Assembly (NCBI GenBank): GCA_965279525.1
Contig: CBDIIB010000003.1
Coordinates: 64,001 to 128,000 of the forward strand
DNA from: Tagaea sp.
GTDB taxonomy: Bacteria; Pseudomonadota; Alphaproteobacteria; CACIAM-22H2
Length of the DNA stretch: 64,000 nt
Direction: 5' to 3'
The notes beneath the pieces were generated by a model that was not told the origin of the DNA, searched no databases, and worked only from the letters and a program-made list of their open reading frames with translations. Of the stretch, positions 49,941-58,484 are shown one piece after another; position 1 is the first letter of the stretch, and each line of letters begins with the position of its first letter. Both the position numbers and the translations under genes were made by a program.

Positions 49941-49965
49941 TGGCGCGCCGTGGTGGAATCGAACC
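49941..49965 (-). other. tRNA 3'-end-like fragment, candidate att site
   Basis: Minus strand GGTTCGATTCC-ACC-ACGGCGC-G-CCA has T-loop/acceptor/CCA spacing; no matching 5' half. Confidence 0.45.
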
Positions 49966-50064
49966 GCGATCCAATTGAGTCCTATTCCCTAGGTAGCATC
50001 CGTAAAGATGCTGATCCTTTGGTCATCAAGCCAATTGGAATCGATAGATGGTCGGCAGAAAACC

Positions 50065-50475
50065 TCAATAGCGCACGCCTGATACCCACGCCCCCTTTCT
50101 GCCTAGACGCGGCGTGAATACGTAGTCGAAGTCGATCTCCCCGGCCTCTTCGCAGCGTGTGCGAGCCCACTCGAACAGGTTCTGAATTTCGAGCAGCCAG
50201 TCAGAGTTTTTGCCAAACATCTCGCTATAGGCATTAGACCAGACAAGGGTGTACTCGACACGCGAGATGCGGTGCAGTTCGTGTTCGATCGGCATGGATC
50301 CTTGTGCAAGCATCAGTGCCTCACTCGCGGTGATCGGTTTCAGATTGGGGGATGCCCGGCTGTGCAGCTCGGAGATCCTTTCGATCCGACTGGCGAGACG
50401 TTGCAGCGCTGGCAAGTCTTCGGTTTCCTGATGGATCGCCAGTAGTTCACGGGCCGCTTCATTCCTGTCGAGCAT
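50065..50475 (-). CDS. Hypothetical protein
   Basis: RBS AAGGAGGA, TGATG coupling to upstream gene; no motif recognised. Confidence 0.7.
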   Translation of the reverse strand: MLDRNEAARELLAIHQETEDLPALQRLASRIERISELHSRASPNLKPITASEALMLAQGSMPIEHELHRISRVEYTLVWSNAYSEMFGKNSDWLLEIQNLFEWARTRCEEAGEIDFDYVFTPRLGRKGAWVSGVRY

Positions 50476-50816
50476 CAATCCTCCTTGAACGGGGGCTGTC
50501 TGAGCTTGCGTAGCTCCGCCTCGACGTCTACGCGCGAGAAACCGGATTTCGGCCGGCGCTCGAATGCCGGCCGGTCGAGGTCGGTTTCATCCACCGTGCG
50601 CGCCGCCAGGACGAGATGGCCTTCGGCAATGCATCTGAGCAGATAGTCGCGAACGGAGATGCCCAGCCGATCGGCGACGGCCTTCGCGCGCTCGTAGGCT
50701 TCGCCGGATTCAACGAACCGCAGCTCGATCGCCGGCCGTTCCTCCGATGGTGGTGCGGCTTGTCCGGTCGACGCTACGACCGCGAGCTTCGGCGCAGTAG
50801 GGCGAGTGCCGCTCAA
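50475..50816 (-). CDS. Ribbon-helix-helix-like DNA-binding protein
   Basis: IELRF...EAYERAKAVADRLGISVRDYLLRCI; TTG overlapping NERD stop. Confidence 0.55.
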   Translation of the reverse strand: MSGTRPTAPKLAVVASTGQAAPPSEERPAIELRFVESGEAYERAKAVADRLGISVRDYLLRCIAEGHLVLAARTVDETDLDRPAFERRPKSGFSRVDVEAELRKLRQPPFKED

Positions 50817-52087
50817 TAGCGCCAGGTCCCGCGCTCGCCGTCCCGGCATGCGACGACGTTATAGGTCTGCCCGCCATAGGCCATCTCCGCGAGCTGGCAG
50901 CCCGGCCGTCCGGTGACTGGCCCCAGGACCCGGACCCAGTCGCTGCCACCCGCCGCAACACGCCGGTCCGGCTCTGCGGCGGCGCGGGTCAGGGCCGCCT
51001 GGAACGAGTCCGGGGTCGGTGAGGGGCGCGGGGCGGCTGCGGTCGCGATTGCCGGTCGCGGGACGACGGACGGTTGAGCCGTCGTCTGCTGCGAGGGTGG
51101 CCGACCGATCCAGTAGATCGCGGCCATGGCGACCGCGAGACCAATCCCGGCCCGCTTCAGCCAGCGGCCGGTTCTGGGCTTCGGCCTTGGGGAGGCGGCT
51201 GTCGCCGGGAACGACAGGCGCCGGCGAACCTCCTCGATCGAGATCGGCTGCCGGTCGAGGGGTGGCTCGCCGTCCTCGCGCGGCGGGGCGACTGTAAAGC
51301 CCGTCAAGGACGACCGGTGCGGATCGAGGATCGGGATCTCGATCGGCGCGCCAGGACCCGGCTGCACATCGAGCTCGCCGACGATCCATTCTCGCAGGCG
51401 CTTGACCTCCTCTGCTCCCCCAAAGCGCCGACCGCGGCCGGGCCTGGCGAGTTCGTCGGCGACCAGGGCCCAAATCCCATGCTGGGCAAGGTCCTCGGCG
51501 AAGACGATCCGGGCGAAGTCCCGGCCGGGTGCGTCGAGACGGGCGAGCAGGTTCTGGTCGACGATCCCCCGGGACGTATGGGGGAAGACCAGCATTTGGG
51601 CGATCTGGCCGCCGAATGCCACACCGGTCATGGCCTGGGCGGTCACGTCGAAGGTCTCGGCAAGGCGGTAGAGCTGGGCCGGCATCACGTGCCCGCCGGT
51701 CGGGCGGCCGGATCGCGTCTCATGTGCCCAGCGCACGCTCGGCCCCGGCCGGCTGTTGACCCGGACGATGCCGCCCTTGACCTCGAGCAGGGCAAGACCG
51801 TGCGGGGTCATTGCGACGAAGTCCGCTTCGAGGCGGTGGGTCGCGGAAAGGGGCAGGGGCATGGAATAGGCCGCGAAGCCGGCCATCTCCGGCGAATCCC
51901 AGAGGAGCGACTCGTAGACAAGCCGTTCCCCGTCGTGCTGCGGCTCGCCGAGGACCACCGGCATCGGCCAGGGTGCGATCCGGAGCATCTCGGGGCGGCC
52001 AGTTGGCCGAGATGCAGGTTCGGTCTCGACGCCCGGGTTGAAGCGGATTCCGCGGGAGCGCCAGTACGCCAGATCGCCGCTGGACAT
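50813..52087 (-). CDS. NERD-like PD-(D/E)xK nuclease with TM helix and C-terminal Cys-pair domain
   Basis: EADFVAMTPHGLALLEVKGG; TM GIGLAVAMAAIYWIG after basic residues; C-terminal GCQ...ACRDGERGTWRY; RBS GAGG. Confidence 0.72.
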   Translation of the reverse strand: MSSGDLAYWRSRGIRFNPGVETEPASRPTGRPEMLRIAPWPMPVVLGEPQHDGERLVYESLLWDSPEMAGFAAYSMPLPLSATHRLEADFVAMTPHGLALLEVKGGIVRVNSRPGPSVRWAHETRSGRPTGGHVMPAQLYRLAETFDVTAQAMTGVAFGGQIAQMLVFPHTSRGIVDQNLLARLDAPGRDFARIVFAEDLAQHGIWALVADELARPGRGRRFGGAEEVKRLREWIVGELDVQPGPGAPIEIPILDPHRSSLTGFTVAPPREDGEPPLDRQPISIEEVRRRLSFPATAASPRPKPRTGRWLKRAGIGLAVAMAAIYWIGRPPSQQTTAQPSVVPRPAIATAAAPRPSPTPDSFQAALTRAAAEPDRRVAAGGSDWVRVLGPVTGRPGCQLAEMAYGGQTYNVVACRDGERGTWRY

Positions 52088-52107
52088 GTCGCCTCATACG
52101 ATTGAAG

Positions 52108-52141
52108 TATTAAGCATACTCTTTATTAAGTATACTTAATA
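52108..52141. promoter_or_regulatory. Tandem operator with perfect 18-bp palindrome
   Basis: TATTAAGTATACTTAATA (52124-52141) preceded by imperfect copy TATTAAGCATACT (52108-52120). Confidence 0.7.
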
Positions 52142-52174
52142 GAAACGCGAATGCCAACGGGTTTCCCTCGCGGT

Positions 52175-52405
52175 ATGAAAGCGCGGGAAATTCTTGCGAA
52201 AAACATGCGACGGCTCCGCGCCGAACGCAGGATGTCCCAGGAGAAGCTCGGCTTCGAGGCCGAGATCTCGACGAGTTACGTGAGTCTGATCGAGTCTGAA
52301 AAGTATGCCGCCTCGATCGATGTGCTCGAAGGCATTGCCAAGGCTTTAAAGGTCACGTTGGGCGAGCTATTGGCTGAGCCGACCAAGACGCGCCGCTCGA
52401 AGTAG
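52175..52405 (+). CDS. XRE/Cro-C1 HTH regulator (controller-protein-like)
   Basis: LAKNMRRLRAERRMSQEKLG..AEISTSYVSLIE...SIDVLEGIAKAL. Confidence 0.9.
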   Translation: MKAREILAKNMRRLRAERRMSQEKLGFEAEISTSYVSLIESEKYAASIDVLEGIAKALKVTLGELLAEPTKTRRSK

Positions 52406-52415
52406 CGCGCAAATC

Positions 52416-53381
52416 CTACCCGGATTCCTTTTTCCGCCGCGTTCGCGGCTTTGATTCATCCGAAGGCGCGTGCTTCGTTGATCTGACCGGCTCTTCCGGC
52501 CTTCCATCATTTGCAAGAATGCGGCGTAGACAGTCCGCTGCAGCTTGCCCCTTGAGCGCACGCCGCCACATTTCGTCGATCGACTTTTCGTGAAGATTAA
52601 TAGCATCCGGGGCGGAAGTGATCGTGGCGACACCCACTCGAATATTCGGCTCGCTGCCAAGTCGGAACGGGCTGAGGACCAGCAGCTTCCGGTCGGGTTG
52701 CCTGAACAGCTGGAAGCCTGTGAATGGCAGCGTATCCGTAACGATTCCGACCTGAATGCCGATCGGATGTTGGTCGATGAGTGCCGCAAAATGCTGAATC
52801 TCGGCCCGTGCCAGTTGCTTCCGCTTTTGGGCTTCTGCTTCTGGCAATCCTGCACGGCCGATGAATCCGTGATGCAGGAAGCGCTCGATCTCCAGTGCCG
52901 ACATCATGTTCACGATCGTCGGACGGCGGCGGCGATAGAGCTCTTTGCGCTCGCGCAGGATCTCGATGATCTGCTTGATGTCGCTCAATGCCTGGGTCTT
53001 GCTTTCGACCGTGCTCCCGATGTTCTCCGTGAGCACATCCAGGAGGGTCGGAAGGAAATTTTCGGATCCGAGCAGAAACGAAATCGGCCCGGACAGGACG
53101 ACGATATGCTCCGCCGTCTCTTCGATCTGGCGCAGCCGCTCGAAGTATCCGACCGCCGACGGGATGTACTCGATCCCGACGCCGAGCAGCGTCGGAATGG
53201 ACACGCCGAGCAATTCGGCGAGTCGCTCCAGCGTTTCGATTTTGGCGAGCTCGCCCTTCTCGAACCGATACAGCGCCGTACGGGAAATGCCGAGTTGTTT
53301 GGCAATCTCGTCGGCGCTCAAACCGGATCCCATCCGATAGGCTTTGAGCCGATTTCCAATATCGTCGTAGCGTAGTGACAT
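52416..53381 (-). CDS. XRE-family regulator with large C-terminal domain
   Basis: IGNRLKAYR...LSADEIAKQLGISRTALYRFEKG. Confidence 0.85.
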   Translation of the reverse strand: MSLRYDDIGNRLKAYRMGSGLSADEIAKQLGISRTALYRFEKGELAKIETLERLAELLGVSIPTLLGVGIEYIPSAVGYFERLRQIEETAEHIVVLSGPISFLLGSENFLPTLLDVLTENIGSTVESKTQALSDIKQIIEILRERKELYRRRRPTIVNMMSALEIERFLHHGFIGRAGLPEAEAQKRKQLARAEIQHFAALIDQHPIGIQVGIVTDTLPFTGFQLFRQPDRKLLVLSPFRLGSEPNIRVGVATITSAPDAINLHEKSIDEMWRRALKGQAAADCLRRILANDGRPEEPVRSTKHAPSDESKPRTRRKKESG

Positions 53382-53532
53382 TCTGTCGTCGCGTCGCTTG
53401 GCTGTTTGAAAACTCTGGACCGGCTCGGCGGTTGAGAAGCCGTCAGAAAGGCTGCATACCCAAGTCCATGCTACCATGCAATGTGCAATTGGACACCTGC
53501 CGGTCAGGGCCTCCGGCGGACATCCGCTTGGC

Positions 53533-54633
53533 CTATTTGTGGCCGGCCTTCCGTTCCTGCGCGTAGCGCGCGAGCGCCAAATAGCGGTAGAGGCCGTGAA
53601 CGAACTTGCTGTAGGGCAATGTCAGGAAAAGCCCGAAAACCACGCCCAAATGGATGGCGAGCAAGATGCCCATCGCAGGGGTTTCCCTCAGAACCAGAAG
53701 CGCCAGCCCGGTCAGGCTCGTCATGAACAGCATCGCGATGAATGCCGTATCCATGCCTCTCAAGTTCCCGTCCTGGGTCGTCGGCTCCCTTTTGGACTTC
53801 TCCAGCAGAAGCCCTGCCGGGCCGATGAGAAGGCCGAGGCCTCCCAGGGTTCCGAGTACGACGGGCAGGTCGTACCAAGGGTAGGGCGCCTCCATTCCGA
53901 GCAGGTAATGATAGAGCGTGGCCGACGAGGTCGACGCGAGGCAGAGCAGGAATCCGTATAGCGTAAAGTGGTGAAAGAGCCGCCTGTTGTCGCTCTTCGA
54001 CTCGCCGCCATCATGGCAGCCGGCGCCACCACCGCCGAGATGGCGAAGTGTGGCGGCATCATGTCCCGCTTTCGCGTAGGCGCTGGCGTCTGCAGCTATC
54101 CCTTCGCTCCAGAAGGCACGAAGGCCCATCGCGAGTGCCAACAAAGCGTACAAGAACGCAGCACCGAATATCAGAACCATCGTGTTGTGGGGCATCAGCT
54201 TGTAGAAGGCGCCCGGCCCGATATGCGTGCCGAAGAGCGTGCCCGGAGCCGTCCAAGCCACGAAACCGGCGATGAATCCCGCGAGGCTCAGTGCTGCAAC
54301 GAGCGCAATCACGAACCCGTTGCGCTCGAACAGGCGACCTGAGCCAGGTGGCCAAGCGTAATGGGCATACGACTCGACGCGCAATTGAGCCATCACCTTG
54401 GGGACGTTGACGTTGAATTCATGCGGTGGCGCGAACTGACAATCGTCGAAGCATGCGCCGCAGCCATGGCAAAGGTTTGCAAAGTACCGCAGATCGCCGG
54501 ATGTGAAGCTTCTGCGCATCTCCATCGCAGGAAATACCGCACACAGGCCTTCGCAATAGCGGCAGGAGTTGCAGATCACCATCAGGCGATCCGCTTCCAT
54601 GAGTGTGGGTGTCATCGTTTCAGTTGCTTGCAC
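53533..54633 (-). CDS. tcuB: Tricarballylate utilization 4Fe-4S membrane protein
   Basis: CNSCRYCEGLCAVFP, CHGCGAC..DCQFAPPHEF, LPYSKFVH. Confidence 0.88.
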   Translation of the reverse strand: MQATETMTPTLMEADRLMVICNSCRYCEGLCAVFPAMEMRRSFTSGDLRYFANLCHGCGACFDDCQFAPPHEFNVNVPKVMAQLRVESYAHYAWPPGSGRLFERNGFVIALVAALSLAGFIAGFVAWTAPGTLFGTHIGPGAFYKLMPHNTMVLIFGAAFLYALLALAMGLRAFWSEGIAADASAYAKAGHDAATLRHLGGGGAGCHDGGESKSDNRRLFHHFTLYGFLLCLASTSSATLYHYLLGMEAPYPWYDLPVVLGTLGGLGLLIGPAGLLLEKSKREPTTQDGNLRGMDTAFIAMLFMTSLTGLALLVLRETPAMGILLAIHLGVVFGLFLTLPYSKFVHGLYRYLALARYAQERKAGHK

Positions 54634-56029
54634 GCTTGGCGGCCTCCCGACCTGCGATGCGACCGAACACGCTTCCGATCGTCATTCCGATGCCGGCCGC
54701 ATAGCCTTTTCCAAGGACGTTTCCAGCCATGATCTCGCCGGCAGCGAACATGTTCGCGGACGGCTTTCCGTCCTGCATGAGGATGCGGGCGTTCCTGTCG
54801 ACCTTCGTGCCGAGATACGTAAAGGTTATGCCCGGCCGGACCGGATAGGCATAAAACGGTGGCGTCACGAGAGTACGCGCCCAATGGCTTTTCGCCGGCG
54901 ACAGGCCTTCGGTGCGGCAGTCGTCCAGGACGGTCGAGTCGAACGCTCCCGGGTGAACCGCCGAATTGAAGTCGTTTATCGTCTTCTCCAAGGCGGCCGG
55001 ATCGAGTTCCAGCTTTCCGGCCAACTCCGCGATCGTCTGCCCTTCAATGGCAGGAAACAGAGAAGGCATGAACAGGGTGGACGAACTCTTGTCGAAAACT
55101 ATGTAGGCGATCTGATCGGGTTGCGCCGCCACGAGCCGGCCCCAAACCGCGTAGCGTTTGGGCCAGAAGTCCTCGCCTTCGTCATAGAAACGCTGTGCGA
55201 GCTTGTTGACGACAATGCCGAAGACGACGCAGTCAAGCCGAGTGATGATGCCGCCATCGAATTTCGGCGCACGAGCATCGATCGCGACCGCATGGCATTG
55301 TGTTGGATCGCCGACCGTGTGTGCGCCGGCATCCAGCAGCATCTTCAGCACCGTTCCACGATTATATGGCGTGCCGCGGATCAGGAAATTGTCCGCCGGC
55401 GGTCCCCAATACTGTTTCAGCCATTCGATATTGGCCTCGAATCCACCAGCCGCAGCGACCAGCGTTCTTGCGCGGATCTTCTTTGTCTTGGTGTCCTGCT
55501 TCACGTGGGCGGCGAGGAACATGCCGTCTCTTATCTCGATGCCGACGACTTCGGCGTCGTAGAGCACTTCGACGCCCAAGCCTTCGCCGGTCCTATAAAG
55601 CGAATTCAGCATCGCTCTGCCGCCGCCGAGGAAGAAAGAATTTGTCCTGCCCAAGCTCAGGGTTCCGCCGAGCGACGGCTGGAAGCGGACACCCTGTTCG
55701 GCGATCCAGGAGAGCATCTCCTTGGATTCGTGGATCATGTGTTTGGCGAGTTCCTCGTCGGTCTGGCCGCCCGTAACTTGGTGGAGGTCGGTCCAGAACT
55801 CTTCCTCGGAATATGGTCCGGTAAGCGTGTCGGTTGCGGAGTCGTGCGCGCATCGCATGTTGCGCGTATGTCTGGTGTTGCCGCCCCTGTAGAATTTTGG
55901 CGCGGCCTCGAGGACAAGGACTGTGGCGCCGCCACGTCGCGCGCTGATTGCCGCACACATCGCTGCATTGCCACCCCCTACGATGAGCACGTCGTACATG
56001 CGCTGTGACTGATCCGATACGATGGTCAA
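54620..56029 (-). CDS. tcuA: FAD-dependent tricarballylate dehydrogenase
   Basis: GGGNAAMCAA, RGGNTRHTRN.RC.H, PKFDGGI.TRLD, FGRIAG; TTG after GGGAGG (alternative ATG 55999). Confidence 0.9.
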   Translation of the reverse strand: MTIVSDQSQRMYDVLIVGGGNAAMCAAISARRGGATVLVLEAAPKFYRGGNTRHTRNMRCAHDSATDTLTGPYSEEEFWTDLHQVTGGQTDEELAKHMIHESKEMLSWIAEQGVRFQPSLGGTLSLGRTNSFFLGGGRAMLNSLYRTGEGLGVEVLYDAEVVGIEIRDGMFLAAHVKQDTKTKKIRARTLVAAAGGFEANIEWLKQYWGPPADNFLIRGTPYNRGTVLKMLLDAGAHTVGDPTQCHAVAIDARAPKFDGGIITRLDCVVFGIVVNKLAQRFYDEGEDFWPKRYAVWGRLVAAQPDQIAYIVFDKSSSTLFMPSLFPAIEGQTIAELAGKLELDPAALEKTINDFNSAVHPGAFDSTVLDDCRTEGLSPAKSHWARTLVTPPFYAYPVRPGITFTYLGTKVDRNARILMQDGKPSANMFAAGEIMAGNVLGKGYAAGIGMTIGSVFGRIAGREAAKRASN

Positions 56030-56256
56030 ATGGCCTCCCGAAACCTGTCGCCCTGTCCAGTCGAACAAGTGTTTATATTGTACGAAAATTGGAACACAGT
56101 AAACGCGCTTTAGAATGTCGATGGAGAAGCTCAATTCATAAGGACTTGCCGGGAATATCGGAATGTAGCAAAATTGGCACAGCACTGGTAGATCGATCAT
56201 CGCGACTCAAGGGGCGTATGGGCATGTTTCCGGATTGTCAGGCTTAGGGGGCGGTG

Positions 56257-57162
56257 ATGAAGTTGCCGCACCATGGTCGCTTCGACTATTCGCCGATCTT
56301 CGAGCGGCGGAACTTCGACTGGCCGGACGGCAAACGGCTGGCCTTCTATCTTGCGCTCAACATCGAGGATTTCGCGTTCGGCGGAACGATGGGGCATACG
56401 CCGACGTCGCTCGGCCCGCCGCCGGATCCGCGGAACTATGCCTGGCGTGAATACGGACTTCGCGTCGGAATCTGGCGCATTTTCGATCTGGCAGACGAGT
56501 TGGCGCTGCCGATGTGCCATTTGATCAACTCCAGTGTCTACGACCGATGCCCGCAAATCGGTGAGCGCATCAGCGCGCGAAAGGACGAGATTGTCGGGCA
56601 CGGGCGCACCAATTCGGAACGCCAGGGCGATCTGGATGAGGTGAATGAGGCGCGGCTTATCCGGGAGGCAACCGAAGGGTTGGCGCGCGGGCAGGGCGTG
56701 CGGCCGGAAGGCTGGATGGGGCCGTGGATTTCCGAAACCGCCGTGACGCCTGATCTGCTGAAAGAGGCCGGTTACAGCTATCTGCTCGACTGGCCGGCTG
56801 ACGATCAGCCTTTCTGGATGCGCACGCGTTCCGGTCCGATTCTTTCGGTGCCCTATCCGATCGAGATTAACGACAGCCCGACGATGCTGAGTCGCATGCA
56901 ATCGGCAACCGATTTCGGGCAGATGATCACCGATCAATTCGATACGATGCTGGGCTTCGCGGAAAAGGCACCATTAGTCTGCGGCATCTCCCTTCATACG
57001 TTCGTTGTCGGGCAGCCGTTTCGCTACGCTCAGCTTCGCAAGGCGCTTCTCCATATAGTCAATCACCCGCTTCGAGACAGAGTCTGGTTCACGCGACCAG
57101 GCGAAATCGCAGCGTACGCACGCTCACTGCCGCCTGGAACAATCGTTGGCAATGGGCCCTGA
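56257..57162 (+). CDS. Polysaccharide deacetylase / PuuE-like metallohydrolase
   Basis: NYAWREYGLRVGIWR, EIVGHG, GWMGPW, ADDQPFW, ISLHTF. Confidence 0.85.
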   Translation: MKLPHHGRFDYSPIFERRNFDWPDGKRLAFYLALNIEDFAFGGTMGHTPTSLGPPPDPRNYAWREYGLRVGIWRIFDLADELALPMCHLINSSVYDRCPQIGERISARKDEIVGHGRTNSERQGDLDEVNEARLIREATEGLARGQGVRPEGWMGPWISETAVTPDLLKEAGYSYLLDWPADDQPFWMRTRSGPILSVPYPIEINDSPTMLSRMQSATDFGQMITDQFDTMLGFAEKAPLVCGISLHTFVVGQPFRYAQLRKALLHIVNHPLRDRVWFTRPGEIAAYARSLPPGTIVGNGP

Positions 57163-57250
57163 GCGTCGCTTTCGAATTGGGTTGCCAGGGACGCGGCTCG
57201 AACAGAAGTAGCCTTTTAGTGTTTTTATTAATTCAGATTAAATCTATTAA

Positions 57251-57263
57251 TATCAAATATTTA
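57251..57263 (+). promoter_or_regulatory. IHF-like site in a very AT-rich spacer
   Basis: TATCAA-ATAT-TTA fits WATCAANNNNTTR with an upstream A/T tract. Confidence 0.45.
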
Positions 57264-57340
57264 TAAATATATTATTTGTGTGATGGTATGCCAAAAATGA
57301 ATCGCGTAAGCTAAGGCAAATCAGGGAAGGAAAAAGACAC

Positions 57341-58375
57341 ATGACCACAGTTCAGACCGCAGCCGCGGCACAGGCAAGCCCGACAACGAAGCTGAGCGAG
57401 GAAGAAGAACTCAGGCTGATGGACTATCCGGACTCCAAAGAGGAGATCCCGGTTCTCGACATGTCTCCGTACCTGATGGGCGAGCCGGGCGGGCGCGAAC
57501 GCGTCGCGGCACAGCTAAAGGAAATCACCGAGACGATCGGCTTCTTCTATCTGAAGGGGCACAGTATTCCCGAAGAACTCGTCCAGCAGGTCTTCGCTGA
57601 ATCGCGGCGCTTCCATACGCTCCCGTCCGAAGTGAAAGATCGGGTGCCGTATGTGGACGTCGACAGTCACAAGACGGGCTATCAGGGTGGTGGTGAGGAA
57701 CGATCCAACCGCGCCAACGTCAACATCATCAAGGATGCGAAGACGAATCTCTATTCGAAGTTCACGATCATCCGGGAGACAGACCCGAAGGTCGAGCGCA
57801 ACGTTTGGCCGGAAAATCTGCCAGGCTTCAAGGACGTCGTGCTCAAGTACCAGGCGGCCGCAGAGCGATTGGGCAAAGAGTTTCTCCCGCTTTGGGCAAC
57901 GGCGCTGAAGCTTCCCTTGGACTTCTTCGATAAGTTTTTCGAAGTGCCGCACGTAAATCTCTCGCTGCTGCACTACCCGCCGCAGAAGGTGATCGGCGAC
58001 CGGCAGTACGGCATCGCGCCCCATACGGACAACTCCTTGATGACGTTCCTCGCTCAGGCGAACGTGTCCGGGCTTGCCGTGCGGATGCCGTCCGGACACT
58101 GGCGCTTGGTTGAAGCCATTCCTGGTACGTTGCTCGTCAATACCGGCAACCTCATCGTCCGCTGGTCAAACGATCAGTTCCTTTCGACGAAGCACCGGGT
58201 GATCAATACGAACAATGTTGATCGCTACTCGATCCCGGTATTCTTCGGCCCCAGCGCCGACGCCCTTATCGAAGTTTTGCCGACCTGCCGGGGGCCGAAC
58301 AATCCCCCCAACCCCAAGTACAAGCCGATTACGTATCGGGATCTCCGCAAGTGGTACTACGGATACGCCGAGTAA
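57341..58375 (+). CDS. 2OG-Fe(II) oxygenase (isopenicillin N synthase-like)
   Basis: IPVLD, GFFYL.GH, LLHYP, HTD, H in STKHRV, RYS. Confidence 0.92.
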   Translation: MTTVQTAAAAQASPTTKLSEEEELRLMDYPDSKEEIPVLDMSPYLMGEPGGRERVAAQLKEITETIGFFYLKGHSIPEELVQQVFAESRRFHTLPSEVKDRVPYVDVDSHKTGYQGGGEERSNRANVNIIKDAKTNLYSKFTIIRETDPKVERNVWPENLPGFKDVVLKYQAAAERLGKEFLPLWATALKLPLDFFDKFFEVPHVNLSLLHYPPQKVIGDRQYGIAPHTDNSLMTFLAQANVSGLAVRMPSGHWRLVEAIPGTLLVNTGNLIVRWSNDQFLSTKHRVINTNNVDRYSIPVFFGPSADALIEVLPTCRGPNNPPNPKYKPITYRDLRKWYYGYAE

Positions 58376-58484
58376 GCGTTCTGCGTCAGGGCAGCGTCGC
58401 GGATGGCTCCGGCAAGTTGGGGCTGTCCGCGATCTACCTGAACGGTCCGTGTACTTGGACGGGATGGCCGCACGAAAGGACCGA

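Noticed and set aside
56175-56190. TGGCAC sigma54-like site before the deacetylase
   Set aside because: The -12 element reads TGGTA instead of TTGC; no enhancer-binding protein nearby
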